Counted from the stretch's first letter, positions 18,933-27,931 are shown. The stretch is 28,473 bases of DNA from an uncultured Gammaproteobacteria bacterium (GCA_965363775.1 CBDTVF010000001.1:1-28473), one strand, 5' to 3'. The notes: generated from the sequence alone by a model not told the origin. Translations and numbers: made by a program.

Positions 18933-20963
18933 TTATTGTCCGACGACCTGGGGTGCCTCATTGAGAAAATCGCCTGTTACGAGTTTGACACCACATTGCC
19001 ACAATACGGCCAGATCGGAAGCATCCCGAACCTCATCGGCAACGATGATGATGTCATAGGGTTCAACGGCCCTGACGACAGCCCGGATGATTTCCTGATT
19101 GCTGGTGTTGGACGACAGACCCTGTGCCAGACCTGGACGCAACTTGACCATGTTAACGGGTAAGTGCTCAAGCAATTGAATGGTCCGACGGTCATTGTCG
19201 AATTCTGACAGTACAAAGCTGCAGCCCAGACCCTGTAATTCATCGATAACACGACGGGTCGGTTTAAGATTGGATTCAGCAATAATGGCCGAAACCTGCA
19301 GCACTAACTGCGAACCCACCACTTCGGTTTCTGTCAGCATACGCTGGAACCAGTGAGGAAAGCTGAAATCAAGTATTGAGTTACCACTCAGTGGAATGAT
19401 GTGTTTGTCACCGGTTCCGGCAATTGCCACCATCAACTGGGGAATGACGTGGCGGTCAATCGTACTGCCAAGATCGTTGTGCTCCGCGTGCAGCATGAAT
19501 TCACTGGCCTGGGTGTCGCCATCTTCTTCGCGCATGAAGGTGCGGTTCTCAAACAGACCTTCGTTTTCGCCTTCCAGGTCGACAATCGATTGTTGTACGG
19601 TATAGAAATCGCGATTATTCAATGCATAACGAATACGTTCGACCCAGTCCCTTTCAGCCTCACCCGTATCAACCGTGGTCAGTGCCGGTTTGAACCTGGA
19701 CAGTGAATTACCTTGCTGTGCCGCCACCCTGAAGGCTGATCTTGCCTGGGCAATAACCTCTTTGGCGTCGCGGGTAAGCGGTCCGATGGTGGCCATGCCA
19801 ATGCTGCAGGAAGCGGTTTTGGTTTGATCGCCGAGGTCAATAATGTGGTTGGCATAATTTTCCAGTATACAATCGCCGGTTTTCTGCAAAGCTGATTTTT
19901 CATTACGTCTGATCAAAACGGCAAAGCCGTGATCACTGAAGCGTGCCGGTACATCACCTTCCTGTATGCAACCGCTGATAACATTAGCGAGATCCATGGT
20001 ATAGGTATCAATTCTTTCCATACCCATATTCTGCTGCAGTTCTATGATGCCGTCTGTCTCGATATACAAAACAGCGTTTCTGAAGTCATCGCTCCTGTCT
20101 TCTTCGACCAGTTCGGATAACTTGGCCGTGAACGTTTGCCTGTTGATCATATGCGTCAGCTGATCAGTTTTGCGCAGGCGGTCCAGTTCTTCATGAAGGC
20201 TCAGGTTGGCATCATGTTCGTGAACCATCATCTGGATGCATTGCTCGTCATTGAACCTGGCAGGGGAGAAGGCTAACTCCGCTTTCAAATGCTTGTCTCC
20301 AAGTGTTTTGACTGTAACGGGTAACATTTCTTCCGGGAAAACAGCCTGATTCATGTTACGTAGGAGTTTTTTCAGATCGATGCCCTCACGCGTAACTACC
20401 AGGTCCAACAGTGAGAGTCCCTCAATTTCATCCAGGGAATTGACCTGTAACAACTCCAGGTAGGCACGGTTAGCATAAACGTGCAGACCTTCGTGAATAT
20501 AAGCAATGGAATCCCTGGAACTGTCGAGCAGCAAATCATAGCGATGTCGCAACTCTTCCAGTTTGCGTCCGAGATCATCGTATTCACGGGCGCTTTTACC
20601 ACCGGACATATGCTGTTTGACAACCCGCATAAGTTGATCATTCTCTTCAGCATTGATGACCAGCGTTGGATGTGTAGAAACAGCAGACTCCACAATGGAG
20701 GTATCTTCGGGTGCAAACTGCAATGCCACAGCAGTGGAGTACAGATCAGCCACTTGCAAAATTTGGGAGATTTTTAACGCTGCCGGTAGTTGTGTGCCAA
20801 TTAAAATCAGGAAGGGTGATTTTTCTTTGAGTACGCTTTCCAAATCGTGGAGACTGGAAGCACTGACAACCCTGACGGCCATTCCGGCATTTCGCAAGAA
20901 ACTGTTTATGACCTGCGCATGGTCAGTAGAATTATCGATGACCAGCAGGTAGGCGCTATCCAT
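18933..20963 (-). CDS. FimX-like REC-PAS-GGDEF-EAL protein with degenerate catalytic motifs
   Basis: LLDSSRDSIAYIHEGLHVYANRAY (FimX-type PAS), DQLTHMINR, ARFSDHGF, and the C-terminus LAVLWQCGVKLVTGDFL. Confidence 0.8.
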   Translation of the reverse strand: MDSAYLLVIDNSTDHAQVINSFLRNAGMAVRVVSASSLHDLESVLKEKSPFLILIGTQLPAALKISQILQVADLYSTAVALQFAPEDTSIVESAVSTHPTLVINAEENDQLMRVVKQHMSGGKSAREYDDLGRKLEELRHRYDLLLDSSRDSIAYIHEGLHVYANRAYLELLQVNSLDEIEGLSLLDLVVTREGIDLKKLLRNMNQAVFPEEMLPVTVKTLGDKHLKAELAFSPARFNDEQCIQMMVHEHDANLSLHEELDRLRKTDQLTHMINRQTFTAKLSELVEEDRSDDFRNAVLYIETDGIIELQQNMGMERIDTYTMDLANVISGCIQEGDVPARFSDHGFAVLIRRNEKSALQKTGDCILENYANHIIDLGDQTKTASCSIGMATIGPLTRDAKEVIAQARSAFRVAAQQGNSLSRFKPALTTVDTGEAERDWVERIRYALNNRDFYTVQQSIVDLEGENEGLFENRTFMREEDGDTQASEFMLHAEHNDLGSTIDRHVIPQLMVAIAGTGDKHIIPLSGNSILDFSFPHWFQRMLTETEVVGSQLVLQVSAIIAESNLKPTRRVIDELQGLGCSFVLSEFDNDRRTIQLLEHLPVNMVKLRPGLAQGLSSNTSNQEIIRAVVRAVEPYDIIIVADEVRDASDLAVLWQCGVKLVTGDFLNEAPQVVGQ

Positions 20964-21198
20964 AGCCGTAATTCCCCAATCCTCGTTCCATGAGGATTCT
21001 AATCGTCATTGGTAATTTTGATGATATTCAGAAGTACCATTTGTTATCCGATTTTATTAAGTAACCGAACCTCCTCAATATTGAGGCTGAAGCGGGATTA
21101 TATTCGATAATTATGACGGATATTTTACACTTTTAATAGAAACAGTATGTGGCCTGGAACACAGATAAGCGGTCATTACGTCTGTCAGTGGTGAAATA

Positions 21199-21249
21199 TT
21201 ACGTGTATTCAGGCAAATTCTGTCGTAACCACCCGGTTCGCGTTATCAT
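21199..21249 (-). pseudogene. Possible 5' remnant of epmB ([16 protein letters not shown])
   Basis: 16-codon ORF divergent from efp at the position where epmB usually lies; the MITR start resembles EpmB N-termini as I recall them. Confidence 0.3.
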
Positions 21250-21375
21250 TACGCAAATTTTCAAATGGTCACGCAGAGATACTATAGACTTGTTCAGGGA
21301 CTCCCTAGAGCAAGCAAACGAATTTATGCAGCCCCGGTCAGCGGCGGGCTTCATGAATTCATATCGGAGAAAGTA

Positions 21376-21945
21376 ATGGCGACTTATAGCACTAACGAGT
21401 TTAAAAGCGGCCTGAAAATAATGATCAACGGTGATCCTCACAACATCGTAGAGAATGAGTTCGTGAAACCTGGTAAGGGCCAGGCTTTTAGCCGGGTCAG
21501 GGTACGTAACCTCATGACGGGCAGGGTGGTTGAGAAAACATTCAAATCAGGCGAGTCAGTAGAAGCTGCTGACGTATTTGAGACCCCGGCTCAATATCTG
21601 TATAACGATGGTGAGTTTTGGTTCTTCATGCACGGTGAGTCCTATGAGCAGTACTCCATAAGCAAAGATGCCATTGGTGATGCAGTATATTGGATGCAGG
21701 AAGAAGGGATCTGTGACCTGACCCTGTATAACGGCAACCCTATCAGTGTTTTGCCGCCGAATTTTGTTGAAATGCAAATCGTTGAAACCGATCCGGGATT
21801 GCGGGGTGATACATCTGGTAGTGGTGGCAAACCCGCTAAACTCGACTCCGGCGCAACAGTGCGTGTACCGCTGTTCGTACAGGAAGGTGAAGTGATCAAA
21901 ATTGATACTCGAACCGGAGAGTATGTGTCCCGCGTGAAAGGCTGA
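21376..21945 (+). CDS. efp: Elongation factor P
   Basis: [58 protein letters not shown]. Confidence 0.98.
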   Translation: MATYSTNEFKSGLKIMINGDPHNIVENEFVKPGKGQAFSRVRVRNLMTGRVVEKTFKSGESVEAADVFETPAQYLYNDGEFWFFMHGESYEQYSISKDAIGDAVYWMQEEGICDLTLYNGNPISVLPPNFVEMQIVETDPGLRGDTSGSGGKPAKLDSGATVRVPLFVQEGEVIKIDTRTGEYVSRVKG

Positions 21946-21949
21946 ACCG

Positions 21950-23314
21950 ATGGACACGGTTATACTTTTGCCGCACCTGCTGGTGCCGGTACGACCCCGT
22001 TTTCAAAAACTGGAACAGATGGCGGTCGTCATCGAGGGTGAGTTAATTGCCGCGGTATTACCAAAGGCCGAAGCGTTTGCAGCTTATGAAAACGCCACGC
22101 GTATTGAATTGCCCGAGCACGTACTGGTGCCCGGTTTTATCAACATGCACACCCATTCGGCCATGTCTTTGTTGAGGGGGTATGCGGATGACCTCAATCT
22201 GCAGGTGTGGCTCAACGAACACATATGGCCCGTCGAAAAAACCTTTTTGAGTCCCGAGTATGTGCATGATGGAAGCAAACTGGCTATCGCCGAAATGCTG
22301 CGGGGTGGTACAACTTTTTTCAATGACCTCTATTTTTACCCGGAAGTGACAGCAGCAGCTGCCGTGGAAGCGGGCATGCGGGCCTGTATTGGCCTGCCGG
22401 TGATTGATGTGCCTACCATCTGGGCATCCAGCGAAAATGAGTGTATTGATAAGGGTCTGGCCGTTAGTGCAAACTGGCAGGGTGAACCACTGTTGACTAC
22501 TTCATTGGCGCCGCATGCACCGTATTCAGTGGGTGATGCGGCCCTTGAAAGGATTGCAGAATTGTCAGAGACGCGTGATATGAGAGTTCATATGCACGTA
22601 CTGGAATCAAGCTGGGAGATCGGGGAATCTTTGCGGAAACACGGTAAAACCACACTGGAGAGATTGACTGACACCGGTTTGCTGAATGGACGTCTGCTGG
22701 CCGTACACATGACACAGTTAAACGACACCGATATGGAAGCTCTTTCCAGTGCAGCGGTCAATATTGTTCATTGTCCGGAGTCCAACCTCAAACTGGGCAA
22801 CGGTATTTGTCCGGTGGCAGGCTTACTTGAGCAAGAAATCAATGTCGCCCTCGGTACCGATGGTGCTGCCAGCAATAATGATCTTGACCTGCTTGGAGAA
22901 TCACGTACCGCAGCCTTGCTGGCCAAGGGGGCATCGGCTGATCCGTGCGTGCTGAATGCTTTCCAGGCACTGGAAATGTTAACCATCAATGCGGCAAAGG
23001 CGCTTGGGAAATCAGATCAACTTGGCAGTATTGAAGTCGGAAAACTGGCTGACTTATGCGCTATTCGCATGGACAAGTTGCGCACCGCGCCGATGTATGA
23101 TGTTGTTTCTCATCTGATTTACGCGGCTTCCAGCCAACAGGTTTCCCATGTTTGGGTCGGCGGGCGATTGTTGCTGGAAAATGCGGAGTTCCTGCATATG
23201 GATGTAGCCGACATCATAGACCGCGCAAATTTCTGGGCGGAGCGAATAGCAACTGAAAATGGGTCGTTGAAATCGGTGAAAGCCGATAAGCTCCAGGGAG
23301 TACAAGCATCATGA
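21950..23314 (+). CDS. TRZ/ATZ family amidohydrolase (MTA/SAH deaminase-like)
   Basis: PGFINMHTH, APHAPYSV, HMHVLE, HCPESNLKL, GTDGAASNN; upstream of ubiG. Confidence 0.9.
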   Translation: MDTVILLPHLLVPVRPRFQKLEQMAVVIEGELIAAVLPKAEAFAAYENATRIELPEHVLVPGFINMHTHSAMSLLRGYADDLNLQVWLNEHIWPVEKTFLSPEYVHDGSKLAIAEMLRGGTTFFNDLYFYPEVTAAAAVEAGMRACIGLPVIDVPTIWASSENECIDKGLAVSANWQGEPLLTTSLAPHAPYSVGDAALERIAELSETRDMRVHMHVLESSWEIGESLRKHGKTTLERLTDTGLLNGRLLAVHMTQLNDTDMEALSSAAVNIVHCPESNLKLGNGICPVAGLLEQEINVALGTDGAASNNDLDLLGESRTAALLAKGASADPCVLNAFQALEMLTINAAKALGKSDQLGSIEVGKLADLCAIRMDKLRTAPMYDVVSHLIYAASSQQVSHVWVGGRLLLENAEFLHMDVADIIDRANFWAERIATENGSLKSVKADKLQGVQAS

Positions 23315-24021
23315 ACAATAGTGCCAACAACTTTGATCCGGCAGAACAGCAGAAGTTTGACAGTATTGCGGCCTCATGGTGGGATCTCGATGGTGAATCA
23401 AGACCTCTGCATGACCTGAATCCTGCCCGACTGGCTTACATCTCTGAACGGGTAGGGATGAAAGGTGCCGATGTCATTGATGTAGGCTGTGGTGGTGGTA
23501 TCTTGTCAGAATCTCTAGCCGGGCAGGGCGCTAGTGTTACGGGGATTGATATTGCTACAAAAGCACTGTCAGTTGCCAGGTTGCATCTACATGAATCAGG
23601 CCACAAAGTCGATTATCAGGAGTCCACGGCTGAATCATGGGCGCAGCAACATCCCTCCAGTGCCACGGTTGTGACCTGTATGGAAATGCTCGAGCACGTG
23701 CCGGATCCTGCATCGGTCGTTGCAGCTTGTTCAAAGATGTTAACCGTCGGCGGTCATCTATTTATGAGCACCCTGAACAGAAACGCAATGTCCTTTGCCG
23801 TGGCAATCCTTGGGGGTGAGTACATCACCCGGATCATACCCACGGGGACGCATCAATATGACAGGTTCATCAAACCTTCGGAATTGTGTCGGTGGTTGCG
23901 ATCCTCGGGCATGAAAGTCGAAGAAATTACAGGGATTCACTATAACCCGGTGGAACGTACTGCTCATACCGGTGGTCATGTACGGGTGAATTATCTCATT
24001 CACGCGATTAAAGATCACTAG
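23311..24021 (+). CDS. ubiG: Ubiquinone biosynthesis O-methyltransferase
   Basis: WWD..G...PLH.LNP.R, DVGCGGGILSE, CMEMLEHVPDP, STLNR, GTH.Y..FIKPSEL. Confidence 0.96.
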   Translation: MNNSANNFDPAEQQKFDSIAASWWDLDGESRPLHDLNPARLAYISERVGMKGADVIDVGCGGGILSESLAGQGASVTGIDIATKALSVARLHLHESGHKVDYQESTAESWAQQHPSSATVVTCMEMLEHVPDPASVVAACSKMLTVGGHLFMSTLNRNAMSFAVAILGGEYITRIIPTGTHQYDRFIKPSELCRWLRSSGMKVEEITGIHYNPVERTAHTGGHVRVNYLIHAIKDH

Positions 24022-24022
24022 A

Positions 24023-24091
24023 GTGATTACGGCGGTACTGTTTGATCTCGATGACACTTATCAGGATACATTCCCAGGTGTGTTTTGGTGA
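24023..24091 (+). pseudogene. Remnant of a HAD phosphatase (gph-like): MITAVLFDLDDTYQDTFPGVFW*
   Basis: GTG 1 nt after the ubiG stop; HAD motif I AVLFDLDxT; its TGA overlaps the next GTG start. Confidence 0.7.
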
Positions 24092-24945
24092 CTGATGTAA
24101 CTTCAGTTGAATTTGACCATTGTCGTGAATTGGCCATGCCACCCGGCAGTCTTTTTGAGTTTACGAGCCGTTTTTTACAGTCTGATCAATTAGAACCGCT
24201 GCTGGCTTTGTACGCACTCAAACAATCAATTTGTATCATTCCATATACGCCGGTGGACGACACCGTCAAGTGGGCAAAATTGAAATGGTGGAGTGAAGAA
24301 CTGCTGGCAGACCCCGATTCGCCTTCACGTCATCCTGTTTTGCGTGCGTTGTGGCAATCGGGTGCGAGAGCACAAATCAGTAATGCGCTTCTGCTGAGCC
24401 TGATTAGTAGTGCAGTCATGCAGATTGATGCTTCTCCGGACAGTGATGAAGATGGCATGTTAGAGCGCCTATCGGCATCGGGCGTGCCGGAAGTTCAAGT
24501 TGAGCTTGCACTGGCCGGGGCTGAAATCGATAGTCAACATCTCGGTTTCCTTGCGGTGGCTTCAGGCCTGTCTCGCATGGTTTTAAGTTTTGCACCCGGT
24601 CAACAGGCTGAAACTGAACGGTTGCCAATGAACATACTGGCAAAATTCGATGTGAGCTCAGCACAACTTCAACAGGATTCGTCCCGGACCGAGCTTTCCC
24701 TGGTTATCTCGCAACTCGCTGAGATTGCTCTGGACTGGTTTTCCAAGGGTATGACCGGCTTAAAGGTGGTTCTTGCAGATGGAGCAGAAGCAGATGTAAT
24801 TGCTCATTTGCAATTACGCTGGGCGATGGAGAAAAGAGGTCTGGATATCATCAGAAAAGATACGGGTGCCTTTATTAATGAAGGCAGGCGTTTTGGTCCA
24901 ACCGATGCCTGGTTTGCCTGGCGCTTCCTGCGTCATTTGAAGTGA
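24088..24945 (+). CDS. Squalene/phytoene synthase-like protein, degenerate
   Basis: ALYAL, D.TVKWAKLKWWSEEL, HPVLRAL, RLP and the terminal AWR resemble the HpnD/CrtB-like proteins found after ubiG-gph. Confidence 0.65.
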   Translation: MTDVTSVEFDHCRELAMPPGSLFEFTSRFLQSDQLEPLLALYALKQSICIIPYTPVDDTVKWAKLKWWSEELLADPDSPSRHPVLRALWQSGARAQISNALLLSLISSAVMQIDASPDSDEDGMLERLSASGVPEVQVELALAGAEIDSQHLGFLAVASGLSRMVLSFAPGQQAETERLPMNILAKFDVSSAQLQQDSSRTELSLVISQLAEIALDWFSKGMTGLKVVLADGAEADVIAHLQLRWAMEKRGLDIIRKDTGAFINEGRRFGPTDAWFAWRFLRHLK

Positions 24946-25015
24946 TCCTGATGTCGGGTGGATTGGTATAGAAAAAATCCGGCTATTGGGCTAAATAAAT
25001 TCGGGGACAGATAGG

Positions 25016-25408
25016 ATGTTTACATGTTCAGGCGGTTGCCATTGTGGTCGGGTAGAATTTGAAATTGAGATCCCGGAAAAAGTCATCGTACATCGCTGCA
25101 GTTGCTCCATTTGCCAAAAATCAGGTTACCTGCATCTGATCGTGACAGCGGACCGATTCAACTTGCTTCATGGTGAAGAGAGCCTGGTAGATTACCGTTT
25201 TCACACTGGCGTTGCGCGTCACCTGTTCTGTGGTTCTTGCGGAATCAAGTCCTTTTATGTTCCACGTTCACATCCGGAATCTTTCAGTGTCAATCTGAAT
25301 TGCATTGAACTGCCTGACGAAGTTGAAGTCACGATTGAAGACTTCGATGGTCGCAATTGGAGCAAGAATCGCCAGAAATTGACGGAAACCCCAACCGGCA
25401 CCGACTAA
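25016..25408 (+). CDS. GFA (CENP-V-like) zinc-binding protein
   Basis: GGCHCG, CSCSIC, HLFCGSCGIKSFY.PRSHP. Confidence 0.92.
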   Translation: MFTCSGGCHCGRVEFEIEIPEKVIVHRCSCSICQKSGYLHLIVTADRFNLLHGEESLVDYRFHTGVARHLFCGSCGIKSFYVPRSHPESFSVNLNCIELPDEVEVTIEDFDGRNWSKNRQKLTETPTGTD

Positions 25409-25436
25409 GCGTTACTGGCTAAGTGGAAACATTATC

Positions 25437-25727
25437 TCAGGAGGTCTTGTCACCGGTAATATAGTCCGGACCTTTACCTGCAGTTTTTTCGTATACCCCT
25501 TTCTCTACTTTCTTGAACTGGGTAAGACCGTGTTTTGCAATGTTTTCCCGTGACAGGGAAGGTGCAGGTTTGGCGAGATTGGGGCGCGAAATTTTCCTGC
25601 GTACCGGGTTGTGACATTCAGGGCATAATTTGAGTGGTTCGTCGGACATTTTTTGCATGACGTCAAAAGCGTTTTCGCAATGTTCGCAACAGTCCTGGCC
25701 GGTGGCCTGATATTCATAAATGGGCAT
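25437..25727 (-). CDS. FmdB family zinc-ribbon protein
   Basis: MPIYEY, CEHC...FDVMQKMSD.PL..CPEC. Confidence 0.9.
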   Translation of the reverse strand: MPIYEYQATGQDCCEHCENAFDVMQKMSDEPLKLCPECHNPVRRKISRPNLAKPAPSLSRENIAKHGLTQFKKVEKGVYEKTAGKGPDYITGDKTS

Positions 25728-25867
25728 TCACATTACCATCGTGGTTGTATCACACAAGAATCGTCTGGTTTGCTTAACGAGTCAATCTTTGAATGGAATA
25801 TTGGCGGATCTTCTGTACCATGACAACACACAAATAGTTAAAATCAATTTTTAATCAGGCGTCATCT

Positions 25868-26590
25868 ATGAGCCTTTCCAACAAAACAATATTAATTACG
25901 GGTGCTGCAGGCGGTCTTGGAGGCGCGTTGGCACTGCAATGTGCCAGTCTTGGAGCAGAACTGATTCTGCTGGACAAGAATCGTCGTGGACTGAGTAAGC
26001 TGAGCGATCAGTTCACTAACCAGGGAATGACAGCTCCAGGTCTTTACCCCATGGATCTTGCCGGTGCAGGGGTGGACGATTTTGATGATTTAGCTGGAAT
26101 CCTGGGTACGGAATATGGTGAGCTGCACGCTTTGATTCATTGCGCGCTTGATTTTGAAGGCTTGCAACCCCTGGATCAGGTTCAGCCGCAGGATTGGTTG
26201 CGGTCAATGCAGGTCAACGTCAACGCGCCATGGCTGTTGAGTTGTGCGCTTTTGCCGCTTCTGAAAAAGTCACAGTCCGGTCGCCTGTTCTTTTTGTTGG
26301 ATGATCTTGAAACGGTTACGGGTGCTTACTGGGGTGCATATGGTGCCGGCAAAGCGGCATTGACGGGTTTGGTCAGACAATTTAATGCGAGCTTGAGTCA
26401 TTCCGCCGTGCTTGTGCGTGGAATAATACCGGGCGCAATGCGCACCGGTTTCAGGGCAACGGTTTATCACGCAGAAAACCCTATGGATCAACCGGAACCA
26501 AAAATAGTTGCCAGCAAAATTGCCATCATGTTGGCCGGTGATATATCAAGCGACGACCTGATGGTGGATTTCTCCGATAACCCGGTCTGA
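25868..26590 (+). CDS. Short-chain dehydrogenase/reductase, YciK-like
   Basis: ILITGAAGGLG, AYWGAYGAGK (YxxxK), PGAMRT.FR. Confidence 0.88.
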   Translation: MSLSNKTILITGAAGGLGGALALQCASLGAELILLDKNRRGLSKLSDQFTNQGMTAPGLYPMDLAGAGVDDFDDLAGILGTEYGELHALIHCALDFEGLQPLDQVQPQDWLRSMQVNVNAPWLLSCALLPLLKKSQSGRLFFLLDDLETVTGAYWGAYGAGKAALTGLVRQFNASLSHSAVLVRGIIPGAMRTGFRATVYHAENPMDQPEPKIVASKIAIMLAGDISSDDLMVDFSDNPV

Positions 26591-26601
26591 TACCTGCCGT
26601 T

Positions 26602-27435
26602 TCAGCAATTGCTTATGGATGCCTCATATCCAATCATGGCCTGTTTGGTGTTGATACCCCAACGGTAACCCCCCATTGTGCCAAGACTGTTGATGACGCG
26701 GTGGCAGGGTATGAGCCATGAAACCGGGTTACGCCCGATGGCCGACCCGGTTGCACGACTGGCTCCGGTTTTTCCTGCAAATGATGCCAGTTGCCCATAG
26801 GTGCAATGTGTTCCGGCCGGTATGCTCAGTAAAGCTTCCCAGACCTGGAGTTGGAACGGACTGCCCCTTAACCAGATTTTCAGTTTTTTATGTTCTTCTT
26901 CAACAAAAATTTCTGTCAACTTTTCATGTGCCTGCTGATTGTTCTCAGACAGGTCTGCATCCGGCCACTGCTCTGACAATTGACTCCGGATATGCTGTGT
27001 ACCCTTTTCGTGGCAAAACCCCAGGAAACACACACCACGCTCGGTCCAGGCCAGTAATGCTTCGCCAAAGGGCGTCATTCCGCAGCCATATTGCATTTCA
27101 ACACCAAGTCCTTTACGTTTTGCTTCGCCCGGTGTCATTGCTTGCGTGGTTATTAACAAATCATGCAGTCTGCCGGGGCCGGATAAGCCACTGGAAAGCG
27201 CAGATTCAAGCACAGTTTGTCCTTGTCTGAGGCGATCCATGGCCTGTGCCTTGGTCAGATGTTTCAGGAACTGCTTGGGCGATACGCCCGCCCAGTCCTG
27301 AAACAATCGTTGCAGGTAATGAGGGCTGAGGCCAACGTGGTCTGCCAGTTCTTCGAGGCTGGGCTGGCTTTGCTGGTTCTGGCATAGCCAATGCAAGGCT
27401 TCGCTAATTAATTGATAATGGTGTTGAGAATCCAT
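26602..27435 (-). CDS. AraC-HTH / methylated-DNA-protein-cysteine methyltransferase (Ada-like, no N-terminal Zn domain)
   Basis: QPSLEELA..GLSP.YLQRLF..WAGVSPK, GRLHDL, GSPFQLQVWEAL, IPCHRV, GGYRWG. Confidence 0.92.
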   Translation of the reverse strand: MDSQHHYQLISEALHWLCQNQQSQPSLEELADHVGLSPHYLQRLFQDWAGVSPKQFLKHLTKAQAMDRLRQGQTVLESALSSGLSGPGRLHDLLITTQAMTPGEAKRKGLGVEMQYGCGMTPFGEALLAWTERGVCFLGFCHEKGTQHIRSQLSEQWPDADLSENNQQAHEKLTEIFVEEEHKKLKIWLRGSPFQLQVWEALLSIPAGTHCTYGQLASFAGKTGASRATGSAIGRNPVSWLIPCHRVINSLGTMGGYRWGINTKQAMIGYEASISNC

Positions 27436-27481
27436 GTGGCTATTGTAAGAGTTTCAGTAGGCATAACCACCCGATTCTTGC
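27436..27481 (-). promoter_or_regulatory. Putative leaderless promoter with an Ada-box-like site
   Basis: Minus strand: GCAAGAATCGGGTGG (27481-27467), then TACAAT (27447-27442), 6 nt, ATG. Confidence 0.45.
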
Positions 27482-27555
27482 TATGTTTGCTTTGTGTGAT
27501 CCGGACCGGTTTGAAGATTACAAATTATTGTCCGGTGATAGTTTTCAGGCAAATC

Positions 27556-27583
27556 ACAACAGGTGATATTACAACAGGTGATA
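27556..27583 (+). repeat. Tandem duplication ACAACAGGTGATA x2 (15-nt period) containing the HIT RBS
   Basis: Copies at 27556-27568 and 27571-27583. Confidence 0.85.
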
Positions 27584-27586
27584 ATT

Positions 27587-27931
27587 ATGACAGATGACCT
27601 TTTTCTCAAAATCATTGCCCGGGAAATTCCGGCGGATATAGTATTTGAAAATGATGATGTTTTGGCATTCAGGGACCTTAACCCTCAGGCGCCATTGCAT
27701 GTGTTAATTATTCCAAAAACTCACATCGCCACCATTAATGACATGCAACAGCATGACGCTGAACTATTTGGAAAACTATTTCTTGCTGCCAGGGAAATTG
27801 CAGCGGAACATGGTTTTGCCGAGAATGGTTACAGGGTTGTTATGAATTGTAATGCGGCAGCCGGCCAAACGGTATTTCACGTCCATTTGCACTTGCTTGG
27901 TGGGAGAGAATTTAGCTGGCCTCCGGGTTGA
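27587..27931 (+). CDS. hinT: Histidine triad nucleotide-binding protein
   Basis: LFLKII.REIPA, AFRDLNPQAP.H.LIIPK, GQTVFHVHLHLLGGR...WPPG. Confidence 0.93.
   Translation: MTDDLFLKIIAREIPADIVFENDDVLAFRDLNPQAPLHVLIIPKTHIATINDMQQHDAELFGKLFLAAREIAAEHGFAENGYRVVMNCNAAAGQTVFHVHLHLLGGREFSWPPG

Noticed and set aside
21265..21375. N-terminal extension of EF-P
   Set aside because: The GGAG RBS and homology indicate the start at 21376 (189 aa).
1477..27597. Many 60-200 aa antisense or alternate-frame ORFs (for example 1884-2471, 7255-7848, 8323-8844, 26718-27230)
   Set aside because: They overlap well-supported genes and have no motifs of their own.
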